DNA of 64,000 nucleotides from Chiloscyllium plagiosum (taxonomy: Eukaryota): positions 21,857,895 to 21,921,894 of the forward strand of contig NC_057719.1 in NCBI RefSeq assembly GCF_004010195.1, in the 5' to 3' direction. The notes beneath the pieces are model-generated. The model saw only the letters and a list, made by a program, of their open reading frames with translations. It had not been told where the DNA came from and ran no database searches. The translations under genes were made by a program, and so were the position numbers. This document shows, in pieces, positions 11,658-24,710 of this stretch (within the stretch, counting starts at the first letter, position 1; each line of letters begins with the position of its first letter).

Positions 11658-12470
11658 GATAGGCAGGCAGGAGGCTGGAAGAACCTAGCAAGCCAAACAG
11701 CATCAGGAGGCGGAGAAGTCACCATTTCGGGTTGGGCCAATGGGCTGAGAAGTGGCAGATGGAGTTTAATTCAGATAAATGCGAGATACTGCATTTCGGA
11801 AAAGCAAATCTTAACAGGACTTAGACACTTAATGGTAAGGTCCTAGGGAGTGTTGCTGAACAGAGACCTTGGAGTGCAGGTTCATAGCTCCTTGAAAGTG
11901 GAGTCGCAGGTAGATAAGATAGTGAAGAAGGCGTTTGGTATGCTTTCCTTTATTGTTCAGAGTATTGAGTACAGGAGTTGGGAGGTCATGTTGCAGCTGT
12001 ACAGGACATTGGTTAGGCCACTGTTGGAATATTGCATGCAATTCTGGTTTCCCTGGGATCGGGGAGTCCAGAACTAGAGGGCATCGGTTTCGCGTGAGAG
12101 GGGAAAGATATAAAAGAGACCTAAGGGGCAACTTTTTCACGTGTATGGAATGAGCTGCCAGAGGATGTGGTGGAGGTTGGTACAATTGCAACATTTAAGA
12201 GGCATTTGGATGGGTGTATGAATAGGAAGGGTTTGGAGGGATATTGGCCGGGTGCTGGCAGGTGGGACTAGATTGGGTTGGGATATCTGGTCGGCATGGA
12301 CGGATTGGACCGAAGGGTCTGTTTCCATGCTGTACATCTCTCTGACTGTATGACTCTAAGCTTTCTTCACCCAAAACGTTGACTTCTCTACCTCCTGATG
12401 CTGCCTGTGTTCTTCCAGTCTCCTGCCTGCCTACCTTTGATTCCAGCATCTGCAGGGTTTTTTTGTCTCT
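11658..12470. mobile_element. Fold-back pLTR-like element (family D) split by a CR1 insertion
   Basis: 11658-11732 is the approximate reverse complement of 12368-12435; the element ends TCCAGCATCTGCAG like the other pLTRs. Confidence 0.6.
11733..12357 (+). mobile_element. CR1/HER1-like LINE 3' fragment
   Basis: DLGVQVH...LYRTLVRPLLEYCMQFW; ends in a (TATGACTC)-type tail. Confidence 0.88.
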
Positions 12471-13359
12471 ATTTAGAGAGCTGTTGGCTAAGTTTACCTT
12501 AGTGTTATTTGGTTACACTGACTTGCAATTACTCACCAGCTCTTCTGTATCAGGGAGTACTGGCCAATGTAGTATTATTATGAGGTAAATTTCTCCCAAG
12601 TACATCCAAGTCTGGGACCAGGAAAGTGGTATGATATTTTCTCCTAAATGTTTTCCCTAAGTTAATACCTGAAGGACATCAGGACAAAGGAACTGTGACT
12701 CTGGAAGAAAATAAAAATGATCTGAAGTTCTATTCAAATATTGACTGACTTGTTTGCCATTGGCATTAATATATTGCCCTGGGGGTAGAGAAGAGCCTGA
12801 GAGTTTAATGCTGAAGATATAATTGCATAGTAAATGTATTTTCCTTAGCCCAATAGTTTTCTAATTCCACTGCAATCTTGCTATTTTATTTGCTGAATGT
12901 TTTTCTGTACCTTCAAGTTGTATACTTTGATCAACTTACTGTCTTACATTACTTGGTTCAGTTCAAATAACATCAAGGTGGTTAGCACAAACAATAAGAG
13001 CACTAAACAAAACCTGCATTCCTCAGTGTCTGTGAAAGCAATATAGCCACTGGCTCTTTCACAGGTAAGAATTGGAATTGTATTTCAGCATGTTTTGAGG
13101 GCAATCCACAGCAAATTTACAATATCCCAGCATGCCAAGGGGAATGCTACGGAACTACGGAAGCTTCACCAAGAATCGTTGCAAACAACATGAAGTGGCA
13201 GTTCTATAGGCCTCTGCGTTGACCTCACAAAAGACTGTTTAGAACCACTGAAGTCGATGAAATTATTCGCAGCATAGACACATCTGAATCATGAAGGTTA
13301 CCATCCCATAGCAACAACCACATTCTAAATTGAATGACTAATCTAAGTTGGCAAATTTA

Positions 13360-13860
13360 AAGCAAAATACTAGGGATACTATAAATCTGAAATGAAAGAC
13401 AATATGCAGGAGAAACTCAGCAGGTCTGATAGCATCTGAGGAGATAGAAATAGACTTAACATTGTGAGTCTAATATAGCTCTTTGTCAGAACTGAAAGGG
13501 GCTGGAAAATGATGGATGTTATGCTGTTAACAGAGGGGGGAGGAACTAGTGGTGGAACAGATGGTGAGGGTGCCCAGACCAAAAGACAAAGGGAGTGCTA
13601 ATGATAGTAAAGGAGAGGCAGAGTTTATGTAAATTAGTTTGCATTGTGAGTAGCGAATACAGTAATCCAGATTGAAAGTAGTGCAAGCAAAACACAGTTT
13701 TGCCTGGAAGGTGTATTTGGGACCTTGAATATTGAGGATGGAGGAAGTGAAAGGGGAGATGTTCAGCCTTCTGTGATTGTGTGGGAAGGTGCCATGGGGG
13801 AATGAGGAAGTGTTAGGAGTGAAGGAGGAGTGGACCAAGATGTTGCAGAGGGACAGACTT
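13360..13860 (-). mobile_element. Old PLE remnant (family E pLTR plus endonuclease fragment)
   Basis: ORF 13527..13838(-): HGTFP...IQGPKYTFQ...YCIRYSQCKLIYI, homologous to the 262-720 peptide. Confidence 0.7.
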
Positions 13861-15289
13861 TATTATTTCACATCAACCGATGTCATAGTAATCTTATGCA
13901 TTAATGTCTTCACATTTAGATGCATTGGTTGACTTGGGAGTGGTGTAAACCATTTTAAATTATGTGACTGAATTTGAACCACTGGAACCTTCAGAAAGCT
14001 GTTACCTCAACAGGCAAGAGAACAGAATGTTCTGAATGTTGTCACAACAGATTGACCTTTGACATTGTCATTGAAGGCTATTGCCTGCTAATGTCTGTAG
14101 AAATAACTCTATGTTAAGTTAAAACAAAAACACAGGGAAAGAAAAGAGAAAAAATACTTATGGAGATCATGGTTTGTTACCAATAAATGCTAAAATATTT
14201 TTCAGATTATTAAAGTAATGTTAGTCATCAGGGCATTTTTAGAGTACTATACTCTTCCATGCAACATTTTGTTTTCTAAAACTGATTGTTTCTTTGGCTG
14301 ATAGCCACATTAGAGAGAACTTATACTGGTTCTTCCACATTACAAACAGACATTTGATGCCTGAGAGGATTTGATGAGTTGCTTTGAGGATCAGTGTTTG
14401 ACATCAGAAAGTGATCATATCACAAAGCCTCTTTGTTATGCACTGCTTCAGTAATATTTAACACTTTATAACAATGCAAAGTTCATTTTATTCAAGATTG
14501 TACATTTAGGATTCAATGATGGATGTTATTATACACTACATACTTTTGCATGGACCATTATGAAAAAGCACGCTGCTATTGTACATATGGCAAATGATGT
14601 TATGAAACAAAATTATTCAGTTAGCATATCTTTTCCATCCATAATGATATGGTGCATTTTGTTCCAATGAACCTTATCATTTTCTGACATCTGACAGGAA
14701 GTATGGTTGTAATGATAATACAAATCATAACCTGAATAACAAAATTCAAATGGGGTCTCACAGAAAATAAAAATTGTTCTTTTTACTCTAAAATAGCAGA
14801 GACCTTGAGGGGTATTATTTGAGGCATTTACAATAATAAAGAGGCCAGACTGTACCCACGTGGATAAACTGTTTAAATTGGATAAGTTGCAGAAAATGGG
14901 GGAGCATATGTTACATGAGAATTAAATCAGGTTAGGTGGCAGGAGGCATTCTCTTTCAGGTGTATTGTAAACCTCCGGAAAAAATTGTTAGCTTGTGGGC
15001 TAAATTCACATTCACTGCAAACTTTGCTTGAGTCAATTTGGTCAACTGCTGAATCCATACAGAGTCTGGTGCTATTTGTTTTCAGAATATGCGTCACATG
15101 CATGGCAATTGTCGTCTTAAACTTGGGGAGCTCAATCAGATGATTTCAACCCTGATCATATTCTCCAGGAAAATCTTTAACACCTCAAAAATCTCCTCAC
15201 AGATCAAACCCTATTACACTGCCCTTAAACTAGGCAGTAGATCACTGTGATTTTTTTTAAAAAGAGATATTTCATTGTTGAACTTTTTT

Positions 15290-15590
15290 TTTCTCATTCC
15301 TAGTTCCCTTGAACTGAAAGGCTTGCTAGGCTATTTCAGAATCAACCACATTACTGTGGGTCTGGGATCACATGTAGCTTTGATCAGGTGTGGATAGCTG
15401 ATGTCCTTTCCAAAAGAAGCATTAATAAATCAGCTCTTATCCCTCTGTCAATTGATAATGGTTTTGAGTATCTTTAAATTCCAGATCTTTTTACATTTAA
15501 ATTCCACCATTTGCCATTTGAACAGGTTTCTGCAAAGTAGTAGACTGAGGTTCTAGACTATTTGACCAAGTGCATTACCACTGCACTGCC
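15290..15590 (-). mobile_element. Old tRNA-type SINE (same family as 18090)
   Basis: Reverse complement resembles 18090-18425. Confidence 0.5.
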
Positions 15591-16349
15591 ATCCTTTCCC
15601 TTTGGTAATCTCAGTACTTCAAGGTTTCAGTTTTGACTTAAAGATTTGCTATTCAATGCAAAATTACTTAATTTCTATTAATTCTCCAGATTGTGGCATC
15701 TTTAGCAAAGCTAGCAATTATTACTTATCCCGAGCCTTTGAGAAAAAAAGTGACAGTGAGTTTTTTTTGTCTTGAGCACATAGTAAGTGGAGACCATTCT
15801 CGCACATTCCTGACTTACGGCTAATAATGGTTCAGTCATCACGCTGAATGTTAAGAGAGGTTGATTTGACTCCTTCAGGTTTGAAATGGATATTGACTAA
15901 AACTTTTCCATCTTGCTTTTTAGCCCAAGTCTGAATGCTATCCAAATCAGACATGGATTATTTCATTGTATACACCCATTGGATATATATCTTTGCCCTC
16001 AGGATATTGGAGAGTTTTTATGGAGTCAGGGAGTAAAAATGGTAAAGCTGCTGTAATTTACTGGACCATAGGGCTTCTCCCCTCAATAGAAAGAAGGATG
16101 TTTGGAGGTAGTTTAACCTGAGGGTTGCCATGCCTCAGATGGTAACAGAGGTTGAGAAGGAACACCCTTCATGGCAAACTCAGTCAGTGCAGGAACTGAG
16201 CCTGTGCTGCTGGCATCATACTGCAGTGTCAGTCAGTTTCCCAACAAACTGAGCTAGCCATTCTCCATATTAACTTAGAATAAAAGACGAAGCCTTTGAT
16301 CTACTCTTGTAGCTATTACAAATATACTTAGCTGGTCCAGTTACATTTC

Positions 16350-17088
16350 ATAGAGTCATAGAGATGTACAGCATGGAAACAGACCCTTCAGTCCATCTCG
16401 TCCACACCGACTCGATATCCCAACCCAATCTAGTCCCACCTGCCAGCACCCGGCCCATATTCCTCCAAACACTTCCTAGTCATATACCCATCCAAATGCC
16501 TTTTAAATGTTGCTATTGTACTCACCTCCACCACTTCCTCTGGCAGCTCATTCAATACACATTCCACCCTCTCTATGAAAAAGTTGCCCCTTCGGTCTCT
16601 TTTATATCTTTCCCCTCTCACCTTAAACCTATGCCCTCTAGTTCTGGACTCCCCATCCCCAGGGAAAAGACTTTGTCTATTTATCCTTTCCATGTCCCTA
16701 ATGATTTTATAAACTTCTAGTAGGTCACCTCTCTGCCTCCGACACTTCAAGAAAAACAGCCCCAGCCTATTCAACCTCTCCCTCTATCTCAAACCCTCCA
16801 ACCCTGGCAACATCCTTGTCAATCTTTCCTGAACCTTTCAAGTTTCACAACATCTTTCTGATAGGAAGACCAGAATTGCATGCAATATTCCAACAGTGTC
16901 CTAACCAATGTCCTGTATAGCTGCAACATGACCTCCCAACACCTGTACTCAATATTCTGACTAATAAAGGAAAGCATACCAAATTCCTTCTTCACTATCC
17001 TATCTACCTGCAACTCTATTTTCAAGGAGCTATGAACCTACACTCCAAGGTCTCTTTGTTCAGCAACACTCCCTAGGATCTTACCACC
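16350..17088 (-). mobile_element. CR1/HER1-like LINE 3' fragment
   Basis: ORFs 16819..17025(-) and 16430..16774(-) encode CR1 ORF2 C-terminal motifs. Confidence 0.88.
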
Positions 17089-17204
17089 TAACCATCGTGC
17101 TGTTGGTGACTTTCTCTCCCTAGAGCTCCGATATTTCCTTTTACAATAAATTCTGTCATTGAACCCTGATTCTGACTTCGAGGCTGATGATTTTCCCCAC
17201 AACA

Positions 17205-17513
17205 CCTAGGATGGAGGATTTCAAGTCTAGGGGGCACAGATGAAAGGAGAGAGATTTAAAAAAGATATGAGGAGCAAATGTTTTACACAGACAGTGGTTC
17301 GCATGTGGAATGAACTTCTTGAGGAAGCGGTAGATATTGGTACAATTACAACAATTAAAAGGCATTGGATAAGTACAGGAATAAGAAAGGTTTGGAGGGA
17401 TCCAGGCCAGGAGCCAGCAAGTGGGACTGGTATAGTTTGCAATTATGTTTGGCATGAATTGGTTAGACCAAAGAGTCTGTTTCTATATTGTAAGACTCTG
17501 TGACTCTATGACT
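17205..17513 (+). mobile_element. CR1-like LINE 3' end
   Basis: GERFKKDMR..FTQTVVRMWNEL; GACTCTATGACT tail. Confidence 0.75.
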
Positions 17514-17871
17514 AAGAATGAGATGACAGAATGCCACCCAATCCATTAATTTTCTGATACTTTGGTCATTCAACTAACACTTCTGTGAGCACTGACTCAA
17601 CACTGTCTCATGGTTAAGCAACAACTTGATTTTGAAGTAATCATACCTGTTTTCATATCTCTTCTTAGTCTCATCACTTCCTTTCTCTGTCATCTCCTCC
17701 TTTCCACAAACTATCTGATTTTCTGTACTCCTCTAATTCTTTGAATTGTGAACATTCATGTTTTTAATCACTCTATTGTTGGTGGCCATGCCTTCAGCTG
17801 TGTTGGCCCTAAGTATTGAAAGCCCTCCTTAAACCTTTCCACCTCACTTTCCTTTCCTTCGACCTTATTTC

Positions 17872-18008
17872 TGAGAAAGTGAGGACTGCAGATGCTGGAG
17901 AGTCAGAGTCGTAAAGTGTGGCACTGGAAAAGCACAGCTGGTCAGGCAGCATTAGATGAGCAAGTGAGTCGGCGTTTCGGGCATTAGCCCTTCATCAGGA
18001 ATTCCTGA
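17872..18008 (-). mobile_element. pLTR stub with hammerhead-like motif
   Basis: GAGAAAGTGAGGACTGCAGATGCTGG...; minus strand CTGATGAAGGGCtaatGCCCGAAACGCC. Confidence 0.75.
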
Positions 18009-18089
18009 ACACCTACAAATGTGTTACGAAACCTTTAAGAAGGCATCATTGGCCATTCAAGGGCCTCAGTTAGTACTGAAGTGGGGAGC

Positions 18090-18425
18090 AGGGGAGGTAG
18101 CAACATAGTGATGTTAGCCTAGACTGTTAATCCTGGGAATCTGGGTTCAAATCCCACCACAGCAGATGGTGAAATTTGAATTCAATTTTAAAAATTGGAA
18201 TTATAATTCTAATGATGATCACAAATCCATTGATGATTATCTGGAAAAAAATTCTGGTTCACTAATGTCCTTTCGGAAACTGCCATCCTTACCTGATTTG
18301 GATTACAGGTGACTCTCAAACCACAGCAATCTGTTTGACTCTTAACTGCCTTCTGGGTAATTAGGGATGGACAATAAATGCTGGCTTAGCCAGTGATGGC
18401 CTCATCCCATGAATTAATTTCATTA
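18090..18425 (+). mobile_element. tRNA-derived SINE with a LINE-derived 3' tail
   Basis: B-box GGTTCAAATCC. Tail GG(A/G)CAATAAATGCTGGC..AGCCA matches the LINE 3' end at about 40000-40050. Confidence 0.6.
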
Positions 18426-18524
18426 AAATACATCTTGCATTTACTGCCAAAGACTTAATCAGATAAAGTGGGGCACCTTATCCTGCCTCATTACATGCCT
18501 GTTACCTCTAAAGCCATTTCTGAG

Positions 18525-18775
18525 CTTTGATTGAGGAAGTAATATTGGCCAGAGACACAGGATAACTCCACTGTTCTTTGTTTGAAACAGAGCTTTGGGA
18601 TATTTTATATCCACCTGAAAAAGGCCTTAGTTTAACATCTCAACTCTTAACAGTGCATCGCTTCCTCAATATTACACACCCATCAGTCTAGATATACTAA
18701 GTCTCTGGTGTGAGACTTAAGCCAGAATCTCCAAACTCAGTAACAAGAGTGCTACCAACTGATCTATGGCTGATA
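18525..18775 (-). mobile_element. Deu-domain SINE remnant (SacSINE1/AmnSINE-like)
   Basis: GGCCTTAGTTTTAACATCTCA resembles the reverse complement of the Deu core as I recall it; related text at 30260-30500 and 51770-52045. Confidence 0.5.
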
Positions 18776-20814
18776 TCAGACTGATATAAGAGTCATCCTG
18801 TTTGGCCTAGCTCCCCAGAACCTTTGTAACTTTTGTTTTCAAGAATATGTTCATTTTCCTTTTGCAAGTTACTGTTGAATCAGTTTTCACCAGCCTTTAA
18901 TGTAATACATTCTAGAATGTAATAACTTACTGCATAAATGAAATTCACCTAAAAGAATAAGCACTGAATTACTTTCATGCCTCAGTGCATGCATCATTGA
19001 GCGAGAACTCATCTTCACAGGATGCCCTGTGAATTTAGCATGGATTGCACAGAATAGAATAAACATTGACTTATGTGGTTGCACATGACTGGTTAAAATA
19101 AGTGAAACTAAAGATAAATTTCCTTCTAATCAGTGTCCGACAGGAAGTTATGTATATTTTTAACTGTGTCCATTGTTAACTCAATGTAAAAGAGATCTGT
19201 CATTGCAACCCAATTTCTGTGGATAATCAGTGTCAATAAAGGTTACATGGAGATTGCAATTAATAAGCGTAATTTAACTTTGTGTACATTTCTTTAATTC
19301 ACAATTACATGACCATTTGACATTGAACTGGTTCTGGGACTACCGCTTCCTTCTTTGACTAACCACAACTCATTGGGGAGGTTGAAGGAAATGGCATCAG
19401 GATTACAAAATATTTGACTTTTGAGGGTTAAATTAAATGCAGATTTGATGTTAGAACAACTGTTAAGTTTGCTGGTTGAAGCAAAACAGACGCAGGTTAC
19501 AGAAAATGATGGAGAATCACATTGCCTTTTTAAGTATTCCTTACAAAGTGGGAAACATTGGTCCTTGAAATGTTCATTGTTCACATGAAAAATGGATGTA
19601 AAAAGGAACAACTTCACATGGCAAGGCACCACACTCGGAGGGACTGCTGAAGAATATTTAACGCCATGTTTCAAGAGATACCTTTTCAGGCCATGAAAGC
19701 CAAGGTTGTAATCTTCGTAAATGAGATGCTTAGTGCTTGCTTAAAGAACTTGCCTTCTTTCATGACCTGGGTACAGGAGAGCAATTTTTGCCTCAGGAAT
19801 CTTCATGCCCCTGCAAACAAACAAAAGCCCGTGGCAAAGAGATATATGTTGTTTTGAAAGATTGAGCCAATTGGACAAGGCAGGACAGAACACTTTTCGT
19901 CTCAGCAGCAGCCCACAGTCACTGACCCCTTGATGTTACGAAATCCCAACTTACCAGAAATCATTGAACAGTGTACGGTAAGCAACCTTGATATTCACCC
20001 TTAAGAAACAACAGCTTACCTAACTTATCAAAATAAGTTTGGAGGCCCAATTTTGGGTGAGCCTTTAAGCTGGCTGATTAAGAGGTGCACTCTCTCTACC
20101 CTACCTTTATGCATCTGAAATTCGCCAAAACCAATTTCCACTGCCACAGTTTTTGATGTTTAATAAATCTTTTACCTTATCAGAGCCAAGTGATGTAACA
20201 TTTTATTGGGCAGTTTTCAGATACCATTTCCTGAAAGATTTATTATTCTCTGTATGTTTTCTGCTCATCCATCATCTAATATTGGACAACATCTTTACTC
20301 AGGCACAATCCAATTTTCCAGTTGGAAAACTGGCACAAACTACATGCCCAATCAAATGCTTTGAAGTTTTGATTTCTAATTTTGCCACTGTTTTGTTCCA
20401 CACATAATTTTAACGTTCAACATACTTTAAATTGCAAATAAACAGCTTCAAATATCAATTTTTACTTTGTTTAGTAAAGCTGCTAGTTTTGAATTATGAA
20501 GAGCATTTTATTTTAATGAGTCGAAGGATAATCCAATTTTTTTTTCCTAAATAGTTCATTCATGGTCCTAAAATCATATATTGTGGAAGCTCTGTTAATC
20601 ATTAGGCAGATGAAACAATTGTTTATGCCTTACAGAACTTTTTCATCTTTGATAAGGAACATGGGTGAGCTGTTATTAATGATCAAAACTAATAAATTTA
20701 ATTGCACAGACTGCACAGGCAAACTCAAAAGTTGATGATTCTTCTGTTGGCAGAAAAAGCCATTTTGAGTAAAGAGAAATGGAGTAGTGCGAACTATTTT
20801 TCAAACTTACATTT

Positions 20815-22250
20815 TTTAATTCACTCCTAGGATATGGGTGCCACTGGCTGGGCCAGCATTCACTGCCCATTTCCTGTTCCCCTTCAGAAGGATGTGACAA
20901 GCTGCCTCCTTAGAGTCATAGAGATGTACAGCATGGAAACAGACTCTTCAGTCTAATTCGTCCATGCCAACCAGATATCCTAAATTAATCTAGTCCCATT
21001 TGCCAGCACATGGCCTATATCCTTCTCAACCCTTCCTATTCATATACCCGTCCTAATAACTTTTAAATGTTGAAATTGTACCAGCCTCCACCATTTCCTC
21101 TGGCATCTCATTCCATACATGCACTATCCTCTGTGTGAAAAAAAAAATTGGTCCTCAGGCCCCTTTTATATCTTTCCCCTCTCACCTCTAATCTATGTCC
21201 TCTAGCTTTTGAGCCCCCTACCCCAGGGAAATGACCTTGTCTATTTACCCTACCAATGTCCCTCAGCCTCTGATGCTCCACTGAAAACAGACCCAGCCTA
21301 ATCAGCCTCTCCCTATAGCTCAACTCCTCCAACCTTGGCAACATCCTTGTAAATCCTTTCTGAACCCTTTCAAGTTTCATAACATCCTTCTGATAAGAGG
21401 GAGACCAGAATTGCATATACAATTCCAAAAGTGGTGTAACCAGTGTTCTGTACAGCTGCACCATGACCTCCCAACTTCTATACTCAGTGCACTGTCCAGT
21501 AAAGGAAAGCATACCAAATGCATTCTTCGCTATCCTATCTAGCTGCAATTCCATTTTCAAGGAACTGTGAACCTGCACTCCAAGGTCTCTTTGTTCAGTA
21601 ACACTCCCTAGGACCTTACCATTAAGTGTATAAGAATGCCCTGTTTTGCTTTTTCAAAATACAGCACCTTACATTTATCTAAATTAAACTCCATCTGCCA
21701 CTCCTCAGCCCTTTGGCTCCTCTGATCAAAATCCCGTTGTAATCTGAGTTAACCTTCTTCACTGTCCACTACACCTCCACCTTTGGTGTCATCTACAAAC
21801 TTACTGCTGCATTTCATTTGGTGTCATTTGACTTATAATGCCTTCGGGAGGGTATTCCAGGATTGTGACCCAGCAACACTGAAGGAATGATGATATATTT
21901 CCAAGTTACAATGGTGAGTGGCTTTGAGGGGAACTTGCAGTGGGCAGTGATATTCCCATGTGTATGCTGCCCACATCCTTCTAGATGGTAGTGGTCATGG
22001 GTTTTGAAGCCTTGATGAATTTCTGCAGCCTAACTTGTAGCTAGTGCACACAGCTGCTGCTGAGGGCCTGTAGTAGAGAGAATGAAAGTTTGTGGACGTG
22101 GTGCTAATCAAGCTAATATCGATGTTTTGCTCTGGATGGTGACAAACTGCTTTGTTGTTGTTGGAGCTGCATTCATCCAGAAAAGTGGGGAGTATTCCAT
22201 CACACTCCTGACTTTTACCTTGTAGATTGTGAACAGGCTTCGGAGGACTC
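20815..22250 (-). mobile_element. Older LINE (same family as 38320-40050) interrupted by CR1
   Basis: 3' tail at 20815-20910; body resumes at about 21840-22250. Confidence 0.6.
20910..21805 (-). mobile_element. CR1/HER1-like LINE 3' fragment
   Basis: ORF 21108..21578(-): LYRTLV.PLLE..MQFWSP...LERVQ.GFTRMLP. Confidence 0.88.
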
Positions 22251-22254
22251 ACTG

Positions 22255-23270
22255 GAGGTGAAGGGTCGATTTGGTGAAGGGTATGGAAGCAGTGGTTATT
22301 GTTTACTTGGACTTCCAGAAGGCTTTGGATAAGGTCCTACTGAAGACATTAGTATGTAAAATCAAAGCATATGGGATTAGGTTTAGTGCACTGATGTGGA
22401 TAAAGAACTGATTGACAGAGGAGGAATTAACTGTTCTTACCCAAATGGCAGACAGTGAATAGTGGGATACCACTGAGATCGTTGTGTGGACCCCAGCTAT
22501 ACACAATAAACATTCATCATTTAAACTAAATGTAACATCTCCAAGTTTGCAGACAACAGAAAGCTAGATGGGAGACAATGTAAAGATGCCTGTGCGTGAT
22601 TTGGACAAGTTGAGTGAATGGGAAAATGCATGGCAGGTAGTATGGATAAATGTGAGGTTACCCACTTTGGTAGCAAAAACAGGAAGACATTATTATTTGA
22701 ATGGCGATAGATTGGAAAATGGGGAGGCATAATGGGATCTGCTGTTCTTGTACACCAGTCACTAAAATTATGCATGCAGCTGCAGCAGGTAGTCAAGTGG
22801 CAGATGGCATATTGGCCTTCGTAGTGAGGAGATTCGACTATAGGAGCAGGGATAATTGTACAAGGCCTTGGTGAGACCAAACCTGGGGTATCATGTGCAG
22901 TTTAGGTCTCTTTAAGTGAAGATGAATGTTCTGGCTATGGAGGAGAGCAATGAAGGTTTACCAGACTGATTCCTGGCATGGCAAGGCTGATGAATAAAGA
23001 GAGACTGGATTAGTTAGGACTATACTCACTGGAGTTTCAAAGAATGAGGGGAATCTCATGGAAACCTGTAACACACTCACAGGACTAGATGGGATAATTC
23101 AGGAAGAATCTTCCCGATGACCATGGAATCCAGAAGCAGGGATCACAGTGTTTAGACCCGGGTTAAGCCATATGGATCTGGGTGAGAAAAGGCTGAAGAA
23201 TGTTTCAGTGGAGTATAAATGGCAGCATGAACTGAATGGGCCAAATGACCTATGTCTGTGTTCTGTATGC
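22255..23270 (+). mobile_element. Old CR1 RT remnant
   Basis: VYLDFQKALDKV at about 22300, ISKFAD at about 22535; many frameshifts. Confidence 0.7.
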
Positions 23271-23617
23271 TATGAATCCTACGTATGCAGAATCTGGATG
23301 TGATGTTTAGTTTTACTGCCTTTAAAACATGTGGTCACCACAAATTCCCATTAGCTCTGTGTCTAAAAGTTTCATAATTTTAAAGGCCTCTATTTGGTGA
23401 GTCCTCCACCTTCTCTTTTCAGGAGGCAGAGACCCAAACAATGCATCCTTTCCTGATAATTATACTGATACATTTCTGGAATCATCTTTGTACTCCAGTG
23501 CCTTTATACCCTGAATTGAAGACAGTATAATTAGACCCTGACAGCCACTTCTCTCCACTCCTGCTCTCCCATATTTGGGAAAGGGGAGATTGAAGAAGGA
23601 TGGTTGATCCATATGAA

Positions 23618-24030
23618 AATACAATTTTATCTTTCCAGAAATCAGCCCTAGTGCTTTGCTTTGTTTACATCCTCAATTTTTTATTCATTCATGGGATGTG
23701 GTCCGTGCTGGCTAGGCCAGCATTCATTGCCCAGAGGGCAGTTAAGAATCAAACACACTACTGTGAGTCTCGATTCACACGTAAGCCAGACCAGGTAAGA
23801 ACAGCATTTTCCCTCCCAAAAGGTTTATGAATCAGACAGGTTTTACAATAATTGACAGTAGCTTCATGGTCAACATTAGACTCTTAATTCCAGATTTTGT
23901 TTTAAGAAACTCAAATTCCATCTGCTGTGGTAACACTAACTGCTATGGCAAGATTGAAACACAGGTCCCCAGACCATTACCTGAATTTCTTGCTTCATAT
24001 TCTAATGATAATATCAATAGCCATCATCTC
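23618..24030 (-). mobile_element. Old tRNA-type SINE (18090 family)
   Basis: Reverse complement of the tail and body of 18090-18425. Confidence 0.55.
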
Positions 24031-24277
24031 CCCTTTATAGGGGAGGGTCTCACCTCTCACTGTTGATCTGTGAGCTATCTTTAGTGATTTGTGCATTGTA
24101 CTTGCAAGTCTTTTTTTTGCATTATTGAATGTACATTCTGTTGCGATTAATGCAGAAGGCTTTGTGTTGTTGTAATAATATTTGTGAGTTATATAAATGC
24201 AACAGAAATGTGGTAATGTGCATCCTATTGATTGAAAAACCTTTGTGGGTTTATTTACAGAAAGCTTGCTAACACAC

Positions 24278-24710
24278 AGTGGCACAATGGTTAGCACTGC
24301 TGCCTCATAGCACCAGAAACCTTGGTTCAATTCCCACCTCAGGCAACTGTCTGTGTGGAGTTTGCACGTTCTCTCTGGGGGCTCTGGTTTCCTCCCACAG
24401 TCCAAAAATGTGCAGGTTAAGTGAATTGGCGATGCTAACTTGCCCTTTGTTAAAGCTAAAAAGCAACTTGAAACGTCAGCTATTTTCTCTCCTTACAGAT
24501 GCTACCAGACCTGCTGAGATTTTCCAGCATTTTCTATTTTGGTTTCAGATTCCATCATCCGCAGTAATTTGCTTTTATGCTAAATTGCCCGTAGTGTTAG
24601 GTGAAGGGGTAAATGTAGGGGAATAGGTCTGGGTGGGTTGCCCTTCAGAGGGTCGGTGTGGACTTGTTGGGCTGAAGGGCCTGTTTCCACACTGTAAGTA
24701 ATCTAATCTA
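24278..24710 (+). mobile_element. HE1-like SINE carrying a family E pLTR insert (24446-24576)
   Basis: tRNA head GTGGCACAATGGTTAGCAC...GGTTCAATTCC; CR1-like tail; ATGCTAA(C/A)TTGCCC duplicated at 24432-24445 and 24577-24590. Confidence 0.85.

Noticed and set aside
19294..19674. 126-aa minus-strand ORF
   Set aside because: No recognisable motif, TTG start, and an in-frame stop separates it from the upstream acceptor-like site.
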